A stretch of DNA of 62,221 nt, filler included, from Sphacelaria rigidula (GCA_964200075.2; 9 parts of 9 records of this genome joined end to end with filler, not necessarily neighbours in it), one strand, 5' to 3'. Shown: positions 37,104-50,469, counted from the whole stretch's first letter. Numbers and translations are program-made. Notes: a model not told the origin generated them from the sequence alone.

Positions 37104-37228
37104 CGTGCCACGTATTGTCGTACACGATGTTGTCGTGGATGGTCAGGTAGTCCGAGTCGTCGTGGGGATCGAATCCGTACGCGGAATTCGAGTGCACCGT
37201 GTTCCGCCTCCAGTCGCCCTGCTGATGT
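37104..37228 (-). CDS. Internal exon of a mannuronan C5-epimerase (AlgG-like alginate epimerase) containing the catalytic motif
   Basis: TTACAG| acceptor and |GTACGT donor. Encodes HQQGDWRRNTVHSNSAYGFDPHDDSDYLTIHDNIVYDNTWH; YGFDPH(D/E) is the C5-epimerase active-site motif. Confidence 0.93.
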
Positions 37229-38661
37229 CTGTAATTTACAACCAAGATACGGTGTAGGCAGAGCGGCAGGGAGAGAGGGAGTCGATGTAGGTACAGAATT
37301 ACAACGTCGATTCGTTGAAAATACACATTTTGGGGTGGACGCTAACTACATCGCAGCACTCGTGAAACAAACAGACACGACCACCATGAAGCAAGTGCGG
37401 TTTTGGGGACCGTGCAGCCAAACAATGGCCATTTGCTTTTCCTTGGATCACGATCTGAACATGCGCGGGGTAGGCGCAGTGCGGGAGGTATGGTACTGGG
37501 CGCGTCAACAATTTTTTCTTCAGAAGGGTTTTTCTCGCGACTACTCTTCGATCGAACTCGAAAGTGCTAGCGTGGGTAGATCTTGGTAAAAAGAACAGAT
37601 CAACTTCCCTGCCCAGTGCCCAAGTTAGTGTTAGTTAGTTGCATCAAGCGATACGAGTAGGTACCCCGTTTGTCAGGAGGGTGTTAGTGAAACACAGTTT
37701 CGGCTCTAGTGCAATGAGTAGGTAGAATTAAAAGAAATCAAGCCTGTAAATTATTTCACACGTACGATCGGGAGAGGCTCGATCGACCGAAGTTACTTAA
37801 GAGTCAGAATCTGGGCTGAAACGTGTCAGGACCCCCGATGACCGGTCAGCCCGTAAGTCATTCAATATTGAGTACAGATGACTTTTTTTTCTTGTAATGT
37901 GGAGCAGGTACAAGCATCTTCAGATCCCCAATGTGATGAACGGTGGCGAGCGATAAAGCCTAGGAAAATCGCCAATTACGAACAAATGACAAAATGAATG
38001 GTTCAGGCGCCCAGTACTGTATCGTAATGATGATTGATATCCAGAGTAAGGTGGAACCGCGAATACACGGTCCCATCCACGCTAGGCACAGGATCACCCC
38101 TAAAATCTTAGGGCGTATGCACTCCACCTTCACACGAGATTGCGATGCTCACCCAAATGTGTAAACCGCGAACCGAAGGTGGTGGATCTCACTGTCGTAA
38201 ATGTTTCCGTATACATTCACCTCGTCAAAGACCTCCGGATTACTCTTGTCCTTGCAGAATCCGCGCACCTGTCACCGAATGGCCAGGGGAAGACAAGAAA
38301 GCAATGTTCAATAAAGTTGATCTACGAACCGAAGCCAGAAGCGTGAGCGGGAGAGTTGCGGGATATTCGAGGTTCCTACGAGTTTGATTGAGAAAGTTCC
38401 TCGTGGTTAAGGAACGACAAATCGTTCCGAGTTCCTACATTTGGGAACCGTAAGCTTTTCTGTTGCGGATCTTGTGCCGACAGTAGATTTTGGATCGTAG
38501 GCAATCGAGACAACAGGGTAGTGATTTACGCTTTTCTCTCTCACTCGTCTCTCTCACCTCTCTTCACCCAACTTCCTATGTGTGGGTAGTAAAAATCAAG
38601 ACTCAAAACACATCTTCATCTTCTTCTCACTGCAAGGGGGCAGCAATCTGTTTGGAAACAC

Positions 38662-39422
38662 GCGTCGCGATGGTCTTCTGGTCCGACTCTCACCACTGGG
38701 GTCGAGAGAACGAGGGGTCGATTCCCATGCGTTTGATTTTGTCTCCTCTTAGACCGACTCTAATGGGAGCCGTTCAAACTTCCTGCTCAAAACTGCCTTT
38801 TCGGCCCTTCTCCGTCGTTTTACGCCTGAAAAGAGGGCTAGGCGGATGTTGACGCCTCGGAATGACTTTCTCTATTTATTGAGGCCGTTCCAGGGCAACC
38901 TTGCATTTCCCGCTGGCCGCACTTTCATTTGTGGCCAAACACGGACTTTCAACAAAAAACGGTCAAGCGATCAGAAAACAGGGGGAAATTTTGATTACCT
39001 GACTGTTTTTTACTGAAAATTCGTGCCTCGCCTCATTCGGCCAGAAACAAAAGTGCGGCCAGCGAGAAATGCAAAGTTGCCCTAGGACGGCCTCAACGAG
39101 TAGCGCAAGTAATTCCAAGGCGTCAACATCCGCCTAGCCCTCTTTTCGGGATTAAATCGACGGAGAAGGGCCTAAAAGGCAGATTTGAGCAGGAATTTTG
39201 AACGGCTGCCATTAGAGTTGGCCATAGTAAGTGATTTCCACCGTCGCAAGCGTGAGTACGTGAGTGAACAAGAAGAGGCTGACTGGGTTTATTTGACGAG
39301 AGTTTGCGCGGTGCGCGGGAGTGCTGGCCCAATTCACTGGTCCAAAATGCAAGGCGTGTACCGGGGGGAGATGGGCTGGTCGCTTGTGACCATGGACTCG
39401 ACCCGAGGAGGGTTCGAAGTGT

Positions 39423-39425
<3 letters not shown>
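38662..39425 (+). mobile_element. tRNA-derived SINE family B copy interrupted by a MITE (SINE parts 38662-38751 and 39224-39425)
   Basis: The head (GATGGTC..TGGTCCGA...GAGAGAACG.GG.GTCGATTCCC) and body (TGATTTCCACCGT..AAGCGTGAG.ACGTGAG) both align with 48140-48373. A (TA)n tract follows. Confidence 0.8.
38752..39223. mobile_element. 472-bp PIF/Harbinger (Tourist-like) MITE with ~185-bp TIRs
   Basis: TIRs GACCGACTCTAATGG...CCATTAGAGTTGGCC with 3-bp flanks TTA/ATA. A related terminus GGCCAACTCTCATGGGAGC lies at ~62017. Confidence 0.85.
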
Positions 39426-39455
<30 letters not shown>

Positions 39456-39457
<2 letters not shown>

Positions 39458-39596
39458 TTTTTGGTTGGATTTGAGATCTTCAAGGAAACGGCTTGGAACG
39501 ACACGCCTCATTTCCAGTCCGGATGAGTTTTTTCTTTCGTTTTTGGTTGGATTTGAGGTCTTGAAGGAGACGGATTGGAACGACATGCCCCATTTA
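39456..39596. repeat. Direct duplication of ~58 bp (82-bp period)
   Basis: GTTTTTGGTTGGATTTGAG.TCTT.AAGGA.ACGG.TTGGAACGACA.GCC.CATTT occurs twice. Confidence 0.85.
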
Positions 39597-41629
39597 TAAT
39601 CTGAGTATATTCATCTATTTTTTTGCTTTTGTGCAACGAACTGACGTTGATTGTGGGTGCCGCTATATACTGCTTTGAAGAATTACGGAGGGGGGTTGAG
39701 GGTCATGTTTCTGCACGCAGTATAGCAGCGTTCGAATTTGGTGGTTCGGTGTAGTTTGATGCTATGCCCGGAAGAGTTTGGCGTTGATCTCCTTTGTGTA
39801 CAGAACCGGGGGGGCGTTCGTTTTTTATTGTACACGCGGGAATAATGTTGTAACAGGGGAGCTGGAGGACTGTTGAACATTTTAATTGAAAGCGTTTTGG
39901 TATTCAAATAACAGTATAGAAGGTTAACGCTGGGGAAGGCTTCGCTTTGAGTCTTCACACGCAGAGTATTTTACTTCGCCGTGTATTGTTTTGCTCTTTC
40001 GTGATGTATTGAAGGATGTTTTGTTTTACATATATTGCTGAGTCATCGTTGAGGTTTTTGTGCCTCTGAAGCGGAGTTCAAATTGTTCAATAGCGTTGAA
40101 ACGCGATCTTTGTCTGCGGGTTCTGTTTTGATACATTACCGCATGTGCATCTACACATTGGAGATTTTCGGAGAATGTTTTTCCTCATCATAGGAGTTAG
40201 AGTGCAGATAGGCATTAGCTCCGTACGCATGTTCAGCTCAATTTGTTGCTCTTGGGCTTAAAGAAGCTTTATTTCGAAAAGCCTCAAGAGAGTTCAAAAT
40301 GTTTGAAAAACTTACAAATGTGCTCGAAACGCGCATAAAATTGCGGCATTTTTTCATGCGCCTCCTGCAGTCAGTGTATCAGCTGCTTGAAAGTGCTCCC
40401 TATGGCCTATGGCGTGACTCGTCACTCGTTACTCGTCACCAGGCAGGCTTCAATATTCAATACTCCGAACTGTCATGGTTGCGGGTCTGATCCGAAAAAC
40501 GTTTCTGTTTGTGTTTCATATAGTTGATACTATGTTGAATTGAAAAATGTAATCAATATCATGTACAAAAGTTGTGCCACGGGGAAAACAGCAAGCTGGC
40601 GGACCTCCTCCCCGGTGTAGCCTGTACGCTGCTTAATATACACGAAGTCGATGAGCTAACGCTGTAGGTTGTATGCTGTACAATATACAATGGGCAAAAT
40701 ATGGATTACATTTTACCGTTCGTATTAGAAAACAATGCGCATGAAACGCTTTGCAGCTTGGAAAACACGCATTTTCATGGAGAAGAAACTCTCCGTACCC
40801 CCATTAGTGTTGTATGCGGTTGTAAAACCTTTACTGTCTTTCATTAATAATACCTGGTGGGGGGACAGGGAAGCCGTCCTCCCTCAGGTGTTGAGAGTCG
40901 TTTGAACTGGGTGGATGAAGTTGAGAAAAAATCAACTCGGGAGTATGTACGGTAGCAACGAAAGCTAGCTATGATCGGGTTTGCCTGCCGTACTACCAAC
41001 AGCGTTGCGTGAAAGCCACAAGACCTTTGCTGTCGGCGGTTGGTGGCGTGGGTCTCAAATGCAACGACAAGTGGTTGATCGTAGGGCACTCTCGTCCCAG
41101 CTTGTAATGCATGATCTCCTCACATCGAAGTACTTCTGGAAAGCTACTCTTACTGTACCGAGGTTTTCACGCGACCAGCGTGTGCTCCAGATTGCAGCAT
41201 GGACGGACTCCTATGCGCCACACTAGCAACAGAGAGGTCACCACCATACGTATCTTCTTTCACTCCGCATGTCAAAAAAGTCTCTACAAGTGTTTGATCT
41301 CTCATACACCCCCCTCAACTGGCGTGTGGCACGTTGTTCTCGTCGGGCACCCAGAGGGTCAAATGTGGGTGAAATCAATGATGAATAACACCCCCCAAGT
41401 CCAAATTGAATCTATTTGCTATGGCCGCACCACCGCCCTTGCTGGCATGNNNNNNNNNNNNNNNNNNNNNNNNNNNNNNNNNNNNNNNNNNNNTTAATTA
41501 ATTAANNNNNNNNNNNNNNNNNNNNNNNNNNNNNNNNNNNNNNNNNNNNTAGCCAAAAGAAAACGGCTGAGATTGGATTTTCGGTTACAGTCAGTTTTGT
41601 GCCTCGTGGTGCCGTACAGGCTGTGGCAC

Positions 41630-42267
41630 AATTCCCGAGCTCAGTACTCAGTCGTCTTCGATGAAATTTTGACATGATCTACAGGAAGTATGTGCAAACA
41701 CCCTTTCGTTCCTCCCGTGTGTGTTTTTTTGTTTTCTTCGTGAGTTATTCGCGACGAAACATTTCAGAACATTTTTCGGAACAAAATCGCCAATAACTCA
41801 CGCAGGAAACCAAATACATATATATTTATATATATAGGAGGAAAGGTTCGGTATTCGCACATACGTCCTGTGCATCGTGTCAAAATTTCATCGAAAACAG
41901 CTTGAAATTGAACAGCATAAATGCGTTTGCATTATTCGTAACTGGTCCACCTCCATATACTACAGTAACCGCTTGTCGACGGAATGACGCATTTCCTGCG
42001 CTCAATTTTGGATCGTTTTCGATGAAATTTTGACACGATGTACAGGACGTATGTACGAACACCCCACCTGCCATCCCCTGTTTTTTGTTTTCTCCGTGAG
42101 TTGGCGAAGAAACATTTCAGATCAGTTTTTTCCGGAACAAAATTGCCAATAACTCACGAACAAGAAAAAATGACAGGGGATGGAAGGTGGGGTGTTCGCA
42201 CATACGTCCTGTACATCGTGCCAAAATTTCATCGAAAATGATTCAAAATTGAGCGCAGGAAATGCGT
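41630..42267. mobile_element. Two tandem copies of a ~280-bp hairpin MITE (~41630-41928 older; 41987-42267 younger)
   Basis: ACGCATTTCCTGCGCTCAATTTT...TTCGATGAAATTTTGACACGATGTACAGGACGTATG is mirrored at the right end, and the same motifs occur in the upstream copy. Confidence 0.85.
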
Positions 42268-42748
42268 TTCAACATTCCTGGTGGCTTCTTGGGCGGCCCA
42301 GCTTGTACTGTTTACATTTGTACAGAGTACTGCATGGCAGGGTCGCCTGTAGATCACGTGGAGACAAGCGTCCCGATGGGATTCGTCTCCCTGAGTCACC
42401 CAGAGCTGCAACACAGGCACTGTCGCACACGGTTTGGCCACCGGGATTAGTGGTGTAGCGATCTCGTGATGTGTGCAAGGTTGCAAGTTGTGTGGCAGCT
42501 TTTGCACCGGTGACCGATGCGTGCTGGGCAAGCTGCGTTCGATACACCTTTTTCCCACCTTGTGAAATTCAAGGCACTGTACGCGCATGCTGGAAATAGT
42601 GTTTTTTTACGGAATATTCTACTGCTATTTTCGTATTCCCGCTTCATAATTCGACCCCTAGGAATAGCCCCGACATATGATGAACCCCATGATAGTTTCC
42701 TCTCTTCGTATCATGTCGCAGTACTGTTCAGGCACTGTAAGCTTACTG

Positions 42749-42908
42749 CAATATATTGTCAATAGATGCAATTGACGAGAAGTGTACTGCATATAAGTAT
42801 AGGTCTATTGCAACTGTTGCCGGCCGACTATAGTCGCAATAGGTCTTTACTTTATGCAGTACGTTTCTTGTCTATTGCAACTATTGACCATATATTGTCC
42901 AAGGTGTG
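42749..42908. repeat. ~150-bp imperfect inverted repeat ending ...AAGGTGTG
   Basis: CAATATATTGTCAATAGATGCAATTGAC.AGAA..GTACTGCATA matches its reverse complement at ~42833-42898. Confidence 0.7.
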
Positions 42909-44448
42909 AAGCATATATATTCTCGAATAGCTAAACAGTATGTGGTGCATGTCGACAAGAACCAAAACAAGAGACATGGAAAATGCGCATCCGTTGCTCG
43001 GTAACTCCTAGTTATTGCCGTCGTTGAATTGTATACAGTCAGTCTACACACATTTCGGTCACCCGACGCCGCTAACCCAGCTAAGTCCAAAAGTGCACCT
43101 ACCAATGCACGGACCTAAAATTATCTCGCACCAAACCGTGAAACCCAGTTGTACCCCTTGCCAATAGGTCAAAATTCCCGCGGCTCAAAAGCCTACTTCG
43201 TGGCGAGTCTTTCACACGGTTTGTACGCCTTCGTGCGAGCACAAAATATCCGCCCAGGATACTTCGAGGCCTCGAGATAGTTCGATTTATTGATGAACCT
43301 CAGTGCATCAAACTCACCGGCCCCAGCAAACATCAGCATACAGCGTGAGAGTCGTGGTTTGCCTTATTTTCATCTAAGCAGCGCTACCACAATAAACTTC
43401 CAGCTCGAAAACGACGTGGCCGTGTTGGAAGCCGCATTTTGGTGCCTGCACCCAACATGCCCTATTTCAAACTGTCTGCACAGAACCAGAAACCTGCATG
43501 AATACGATCACAATGCTTTTAGGCGGTAGTATGAATGGTCCACCATACCCGGTACATGGCAGGGTTCACCACGACTGTCGCGGTGGTGGATGAAAATCAA
43601 GGATTGCTGGGCGCACTGCGCTTGATCACGGTGCCTTCCTCGTTTACCGTCGTGCGAATATAATTTCCAGTTCTGCAGCGTTCATGCAAGAATGTCCCTA
43701 TTCGACTCTATGCTCTTATTTCGGCTCCGAAATGTACACCTCATACCTTAATTCCCATCACAGTGACGATAGAAACGTTTCTTAATCAATCCTGGTTGCC
43801 CCGCTACCTCACCTTGTAGGAGGAGCTTCGACTGGGCATTGACGTTGGCAGCCGTATATAGCTGGTAAATACCATGTTTGTACCATCGCACCTGTTTCCA
43901 GTTTTGGCTCGAAGCAACCTCATATACTTAAGGGGGCTATCTTTTCCCTGTAGGTGTAAAAATGAGTGGTTGGACATTGTAAAGGCGGGAGCAATTGACC
44001 ACGTTGGTGTCATGCGAGCGCTCTCCTTTCACCATGTCTGAAACAGAGCAGTGCGTGCAGCATGGCGATTCTGACGTGAACAGTACAATCCATGTAGATG
44101 TACAAGCGGCCGCGTCTAACACTGGGATGTGCGGCATCCACCTGACCTGTCGTAGTGCTACATGCAGGACTAGCATGAAGGCCAAATTTTGCGTGCGAAA
44201 ACGTGCCGCTGCGAAAAGGAATTTGGTTCAAACTATGAAATCTCTCTGCAGCACGCGATTCCTGTGGCGAACTCCTAGACCTGCGCTGTCTACAAGTACC
44301 GTCTCGCTAAGGAACCATTCCGGATTGTGTCGAAGAGCGTGGTCTTAGAGTCTTGCTTTCATCATCTGTCGTAACACCACTTCCTGATCCTTTTCACGCC
44401 ACGGATGGGCGCACTCCTTGTAATTTTTGTTTTGTTTTGTTGTGCCAG

Positions 44449-46293
44449 GTTGAATTGGACGACACCCATGGGAATGACCATGAGAAAGATCGCGCTTACT
44501 CTAAACGGCATGAAGATCAAGACTTCAGAGATTTTCCTTGGCAAGATCACATTCAAGTGAGTATTTGCTTTTGCGTGCATCCGAACGGATTTTCTTCTGC
44601 TCTTCAGCTGGACGGAAGATCATATCCAATCACACCGGACAAGTGTGCGGCAGGCTAAGTGCAGCGTAGGAATTGATTTGTGGAAGTGAAGAAGCGCCCT
44701 TCCTGATTTTCCGCCTGTTTTCTTGAATCCGGCGGATCCTGCACTCGTTTTGACCGAACCCATGAGTTTGTTGTCGATGGAGGCCGTTCAGCACTTGTAC
44801 TACTATGATCGGCTGCGGTCGCTCGAGGGCTCTATGTTCCCTGGCCGTCGATGCACATTCTTTCCCGACCTCTGTTTTTGGCACAAATTTCGGTGTAGAG
44901 TTGTCCTTCGGTGTCACGGAAGGTGCTCATATTGCTACTACAGTACTAAACCTCTTGCTGTTGGTATTCTTTCTCAATGAAGCAACTTCAGACATGTGCA
45001 TTGTTATCTCCTCATGAAAACCATAACTATGTATGAACTTCGATCAATAACTTCGGGCATCTTCAAGCGTGCCCTTCGTCTGTTGTTCGAATCCGTTGCA
45101 AGTCTTTTGACCGCGAGCGAGATTTATCTACCTGCATTTGAAAACATGTTTAGTCTGGAAGACCGTTTTGGGTATGCCAGACTTGCACCCTTCGTAGCAA
45201 TTCCAGACTGCAGACCTTCTCGTATCGACAGCTTTCCGTTCTTCCTATTCTCAACTGATATTGTTCGCTCACCGTCCATCATTGTCCGTGTCACTATTTC
45301 TGGCAAGCCAGGTGTCCTGCCGTGGGCCGTGCGGTGCTTGACCTCAACGTGCAAGATTTCGGCAATTTTTTGGTACACCCCTTGATGGGGACGGCGAGTC
45401 TCCCCAGCGGAGACTTCGTTTTCAGTCGCGAGGGAATCACGCTTGACACCGACCGTGGGCGCGCGTCGTTTACTGGGATGTGGCACGGCCAGCCGGTTGT
45501 GATGGAGGCTTGCCAGCCTCAGCGGTGCGTGTACATCTTGCCCTCGTGATGTTCGTGTATGTCCGCGTATGTATTCATCTTGCTTGTCGGAATTGAGTGT
45601 TCTGAATGGTTTGCTTGTTGTGGCATAAATAACAACGTTCAGCTGTTTCTTTAGCAGAGCTGCTGCACCCCCTCGGTCACAAGTAGCTACACAGAAAAAA
45701 AGGGCACTCTAAACCAACACTCATTTTTTCTTCTTCTCCGGATCGTGTGAGTCGGAATCGCGACAGCGGAATATAGTTCACGGTTTTCGCGGTACAAACA
45801 CGCGAGAACAAGAAACACAAGAAAACGAATGACGGGAGAAACACCGCCCTTACATCGCACACTGCTGAATAGATTCAGCGGGAACGCCAACGTTTTGTTT
45901 CACGGACTCCTTTCACTCCGCTTTTTATTTCTTTGTCCACACGTCCAAAAAGTGAATACCCCGGATCCTCTAGACCTCTCGCTGTATATGTGGCAGTATG
46001 TGCCGACTGAAACAGAAACGTCCCCTTTCTTCTCGGCGAAATCTTTGTTCCTCAGGTTTGGCAAGATCTACGTGCGCGTAGCGCAGCGCGGCACACTGAC
46101 CGACCTGGGCATACAAAAGTTGTCCGACGAGATGACGGACTTCTTCAAAACTGTAGAGCTCGATCTTGACGGAACGGCCGTGCGGTTTCAAGACATGTAT
46201 CACGGCTACAACTCCTTGGGGGAGCCGTCGCTACGAATTACAGTTGGCGTCGTTGTTCACCGAGTTCCCAACCCGAAAAACATGAAATTCTAG
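44449..46293 (+). CDS. Last three exons (44449-44556, 45312-45524, 46056-46293) of a conserved hypothetical protein, possibly DUF2993/LmeA-like
   Basis: CAG/GT boundaries with all junctions in phase 2 and in frame: LNWTTPMGMTMRKIAL...KITFK|CPAVGRAVLDLNVQDFGNFLVHPLM...QPQR|FGKIY...DFFKTVELDLDGTAVRFQDM...VHRVPNPKNMKF*. The family label is from memory and is weaker than the exon model. Confidence 0.8.
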
Positions 46294-48139
46294 GGACCGA
46301 AGCGGTCTTGATGCGAGTACAGCGGGTGGGAAGGGGAGGGGGCTGATTGAATACCAAGTTTTTGATGGTTCGACGCGGAGATGGTTTCGCTTAGCCGAAT
46401 TAGGGGCCACTTCGTCGATCAGTTACTCGCGCGAACCCGGGCAGCGGTGAGGCGGATGGCGAAGGGGCGGGAGGAAGCAGCTGGTTTGTTGTAGGGTTGG
46501 AGTGCAGGAAAATGCTCTCAGTGAAATCATCCCGTGTCCAGGTCTGAACGAGGCGCAGAGTGTGCAACCGCTTGTGACTTGCTTGGACTTATATGCGAGG
46601 GTGGCGCTGTAGATGGTCGCGGGTGGGGGTAGCGTGTAATAGTGATGAACACCATCGACGCCGGGAGGCCGGGTACCGGTTGATCGATTGTGCATTGGTT
46701 CCAACGAGAGGCGGAGGGACATATTATTGTTGTTCGGCACTTGCGCCGTCCTGTTGGTGTTCGTCGTCGCATTGCGTTTCCCCTCTCGGTGTTGTATATT
46801 TTTGTGTAGACCTAGACTTTGCCCGAGTATTGTGGGGGTAACTCGCGTATCCTATTCCATTTTTCTGGACTCACACCGTTGTCTTCCTGTGTAGACTGCG
46901 TAAGATGTATTTTGTCGGTCATGCATGTTGGTGCAATACTGTACGTCGAACGGATCGGGGGACGATTTCTCGAGTAGTTTGGTAGAGTGCATCGGACATG
47001 GTATCGTAGATCCATGTAAGTTAGTCAAGCCAGTGTTTGGTGCCACTCGAGACATATCCTTCGTCCGCTTTGAGCGAATCGCACCTTTCCTGAAGAACGG
47101 CACAACAAGCAGTTCCTTCGCATCCTTCCGAAAAGACTTTGCGGCTACCGGGTAGTAGTGGATTGCATTCCCTCCTCACGAGTGACTCGAAGGACACACC
47201 CGGGAGGCTAAGAACACGTGTCCCGTTTAGGCTCAAAATTACGGAGGTTTTGGATTAGGTTGTTCCTTACTGCGTTGTACAGGAATCAAGTTGCGATAGT
47301 TACCGGTCAGCCCCGCTTCCGTGGGCCCCTGTTTTTCGGATAACCGACCGGGCCTGTAACGTTTGCAGCGTGTCATCTTTTGTTCGTCCCCTCTTCTGTC
47401 GATATGTGTGTCCTTTCGTCCGGATGCCCGCTCTCAGTATGGCGTTGGTTGCTATTTCTGTGGGGCGTCGGTGAAGTTCAAGCAACGTGGTTCTGATGTA
47501 GGCACAATATACATAAGAGGAGTCATCGCTCATGTCCTTTATCGGGTACGCGCCTATATTCGGGTATAACGGGAGTTCATCCCAACCTGAGGGTGTCAAG
47601 GGCGAAGTGCGCGTGGCAAAGAACAAATTGCCGGCTGGAGCCGATTCGAGCAAAACATCTTACTGTGCACGCTGGGCGAGCACTAGGGACTGTCACGTCC
47701 CTCAGGATTTATGGGTTTTGGTGGCGGGTTGGGGAAATTGTACTGGCTAGCATGACAGCTGATCAATGAAGCGGCTCGGCTTCAGCTCTCGTCGCGTGTT
47801 ACCATACTTTTTGTGTAGCATGAAATTCACTTTTTCTATCGGTCAGGCGACTGTGTAGTCATCCCAAGCGCTGTTATCCACAAAGAGGATTACAGTATAG
47901 CTTGGTCGTTTGAAGAAACGAAGATGACTTGCACGAAGGCACGATCATGGCCCGGGATCACGATATATCAAAACAAGTGTGAACATGTACGGCACAAACA
48001 GCTAACCCCTGGCTCGTTCACTGTTGCAACCTACCTTCTGAGTATTGTTTTATCTGCCGATCACTCGAAGTTTGAGGCTTAGTCATCTGTATGGCCATAC
48101 TCGTGGTCTGTAATGATTTCTGTGTGCAGCGCCTGCCGC

Positions 48140-48373
48140 GCCTCGATGGTGTAATGGTCCGATTGTCGTCATTTGGGTGGAGAGAACGGGCGTTCGATCC
48201 CCGATGCGTTGGGTTTTTCCTTCGTCACGTATGATTTCCACCGTGGAAAGCGTGAGAACGTGAGAAAACGAAGTAGACGACTGGGTTTGTGTGACGTGAG
48301 TTGACGCAGTGCGGGAGTGCTGACCCAATCCGCGAGACCAACATGGAAGGCGCGTACCGGGGAAGAGATGGGT
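48140..48373 (+). mobile_element. tRNA-derived SINE family B (cut by the spacer)
   Basis: A-box TGGTGTAATGGT (48147) and B-box GTTCGATCCC (48192). The body is shared with 39224-39425, and related 3' pieces lie at ~56190-56270 and ~56750-56800. Confidence 0.8.
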
Positions 48374-50282
48374 NNNNNNNNNNNNNNNNNNNNNNNNNNN
48401 NNNNNNNNNNNNNNNNNTTAATTAATTAANNNNNNNNNNNNNNNNNNNNNNNNNNNNNNNNNNNNNNNNNNNNGTCTTTGGTTTTTTTTTTTGTTTGTAT
48501 TCGGAGGCGGCCGACGCACACCGGTGGTATTCTTCAGCACGTCCCGTACCAACCCCTTTCCGGGGCACACACCCGGTGTGTGCGATTGCCCAACCGCGTA
48601 CGCCATCAACCTTTCCCGCGGACTGGTTCTTTCGGCGTCCCCAGTTATTCGTTCCCCCCCTACTCTTTTCTTTGTTTTGTGTGTTTGTTTGTTTTTACAG
48701 CTTAATACCGTTGGACTCACGTTGGCTTCCGATGACCGGGTTTTGTGTTGCATGTCCAACAAGCCCTCTCCTTGAGTACCGTCGCAGATTCTGTGTAATT
48801 GCTCGCTGTATCAGGTGTCCCATGTTTGGGGATATTTCTTTTCTCTTGGATTATGTTCAGTTCCGTTGCTACAACAGTCCGCCAAAACAAAAGACGTTTT
48901 GTTTTTCGCAGTCTCGAGGTCGTACATCCGGTCCGCCGCCTCGGAAATCAGTACGGTGGTTCGTTTTTGTTGTAGGGTTATTGCTGGCGAATTATCGCGT
49001 TGATGTGCTCGGCTGGAGTTTATCCTTCCGTTTGGATGCACACCCTCTCGATTTTCTCGTCTGAACGGGCATGTATCTAAGAGCGGACCGCATCGGCCCC
49101 TCTTTCTGTATACTTGCCGTGGTTCACCACGAACGCATCGGATTACCCGCCTTGGATTCATCTCCTACGGTTGTGTGTGATTCGTTGACGCTTTGTGGGA
49201 CGATGCGGGCACCCATTCAATTCGATGGGCCGCCCTTCATCGTCACGTTGGTGCATCATGTTGCCTCACGGCTGCATGTTGAGTTTGGTTTCCGGTGTCT
49301 TCCGCTCAGCGCTTTTCTCCTCCCGCTTGAGCAATCAACACCGTTGGTTTCTACTGATGAAAGAAGTGTACGATCGTTTGTGCTTCCCCGGTACTGTGAA
49401 ACGCCTTGGCGGGCTGCTTGAACAAGCCCTAACAACGGAACTGGACGTCCATTGAGACATGATTTCCCCTTCGCATGATAGCAGTCAGGATTTTGTAGCG
49501 GATGGACTACTGGCTTGTTTTTTCGCTGCTTCAGTTTTTTTTTTTTATGGCGGATTTGCCCTGGATTCCCGGATATTTCGTAGCTTCCGGCGCTATTTTC
49601 TCGAGGGTTGTCGATTCTTGGGTTTTTCACACCCTTCGGATTTTTTTTTCCCCATATATCGTGTCGCCCTCTAAGTCCCCATCACAGTACTCCCCCCTTA
49701 ACGTGTCTCACATTTTCTTTTTATCATGGTATCTTGTTTTTCTTTTTTTTCTTTCTGTGGTGTGGGGGAATGGAATGTGTGGGTAAAGCAACCTCGTTTT
49801 ACTGCGTTCTCCTGCGATTGCTTCACCCATTGGAGGCTAGTGTGATATGATGTGACTGCAGGACGTAGCCATGATCTTGGGTAAAGGTGACATCGAATGA
49901 TGGACATTTTCATATTCAAATGGCGGAGAATTGGCTGCCCCTTAAGGTTGACGTTCTACGGAGAGCATGTATTTGAATTCGAAAAAAGGTAGTGACCCAA
50001 CCATGGCATGAATTGAGGAGCACGGCTCTTGGACTTTATGGTATGATCTCAATTTATGTTGATTTAGGCGGCGGCGAAACACGTTTGACTAAGCAGCCCC
50101 TACGAGCCTCACTCTCTTTTCATACCCGGTATTTGGCGGCGATCCAACAGTTCCCCATTGGAGTATCTACAAACCGCGAGAAAGTGAGTCCCAGAAATAA
50201 GAGCAGTAGTCGGGCTGCTGTTTTGTCTGGTGTGTTTTATTGGTCAAGGCTTAGGCCTGTTTCGATTTGTGTTGTACCTCCC

Positions 50283-50469
50283 TGTTCTTGAGATGAAGTT
50301 GGATGCAACCAATTGCGTGATAAAAGTGGTATTCTGATCTGTATTATTTGCTTGTTGTCTCCTTGTGTGGATGAAACACGAGAGCGACTGTGGTCAGCCT
50401 GCGCTGCTGAGCTGAGTAAACAAATAACGTACACAGAGGTCTGAACCTGGAACAATCGTGGTGAACACC
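50283..50469 (+). mobile_element. Candidate 5' LTR (TGTTC...GAACA, 50283-50454) plus PBS-like TGGTGAACACC
   Basis: TG...CA ends with a 5-bp inverted repeat and TGG 4 nt downstream, upstream of the gypsy pol. The 3' LTR is not in the window. Confidence 0.4.

Noticed and set aside
43315-44280. Series of minus-strand exon-like segments with AG/GT borders
   Set aside because: The phases do not join into one open frame, stops appear after joining, and no homology was recognised.
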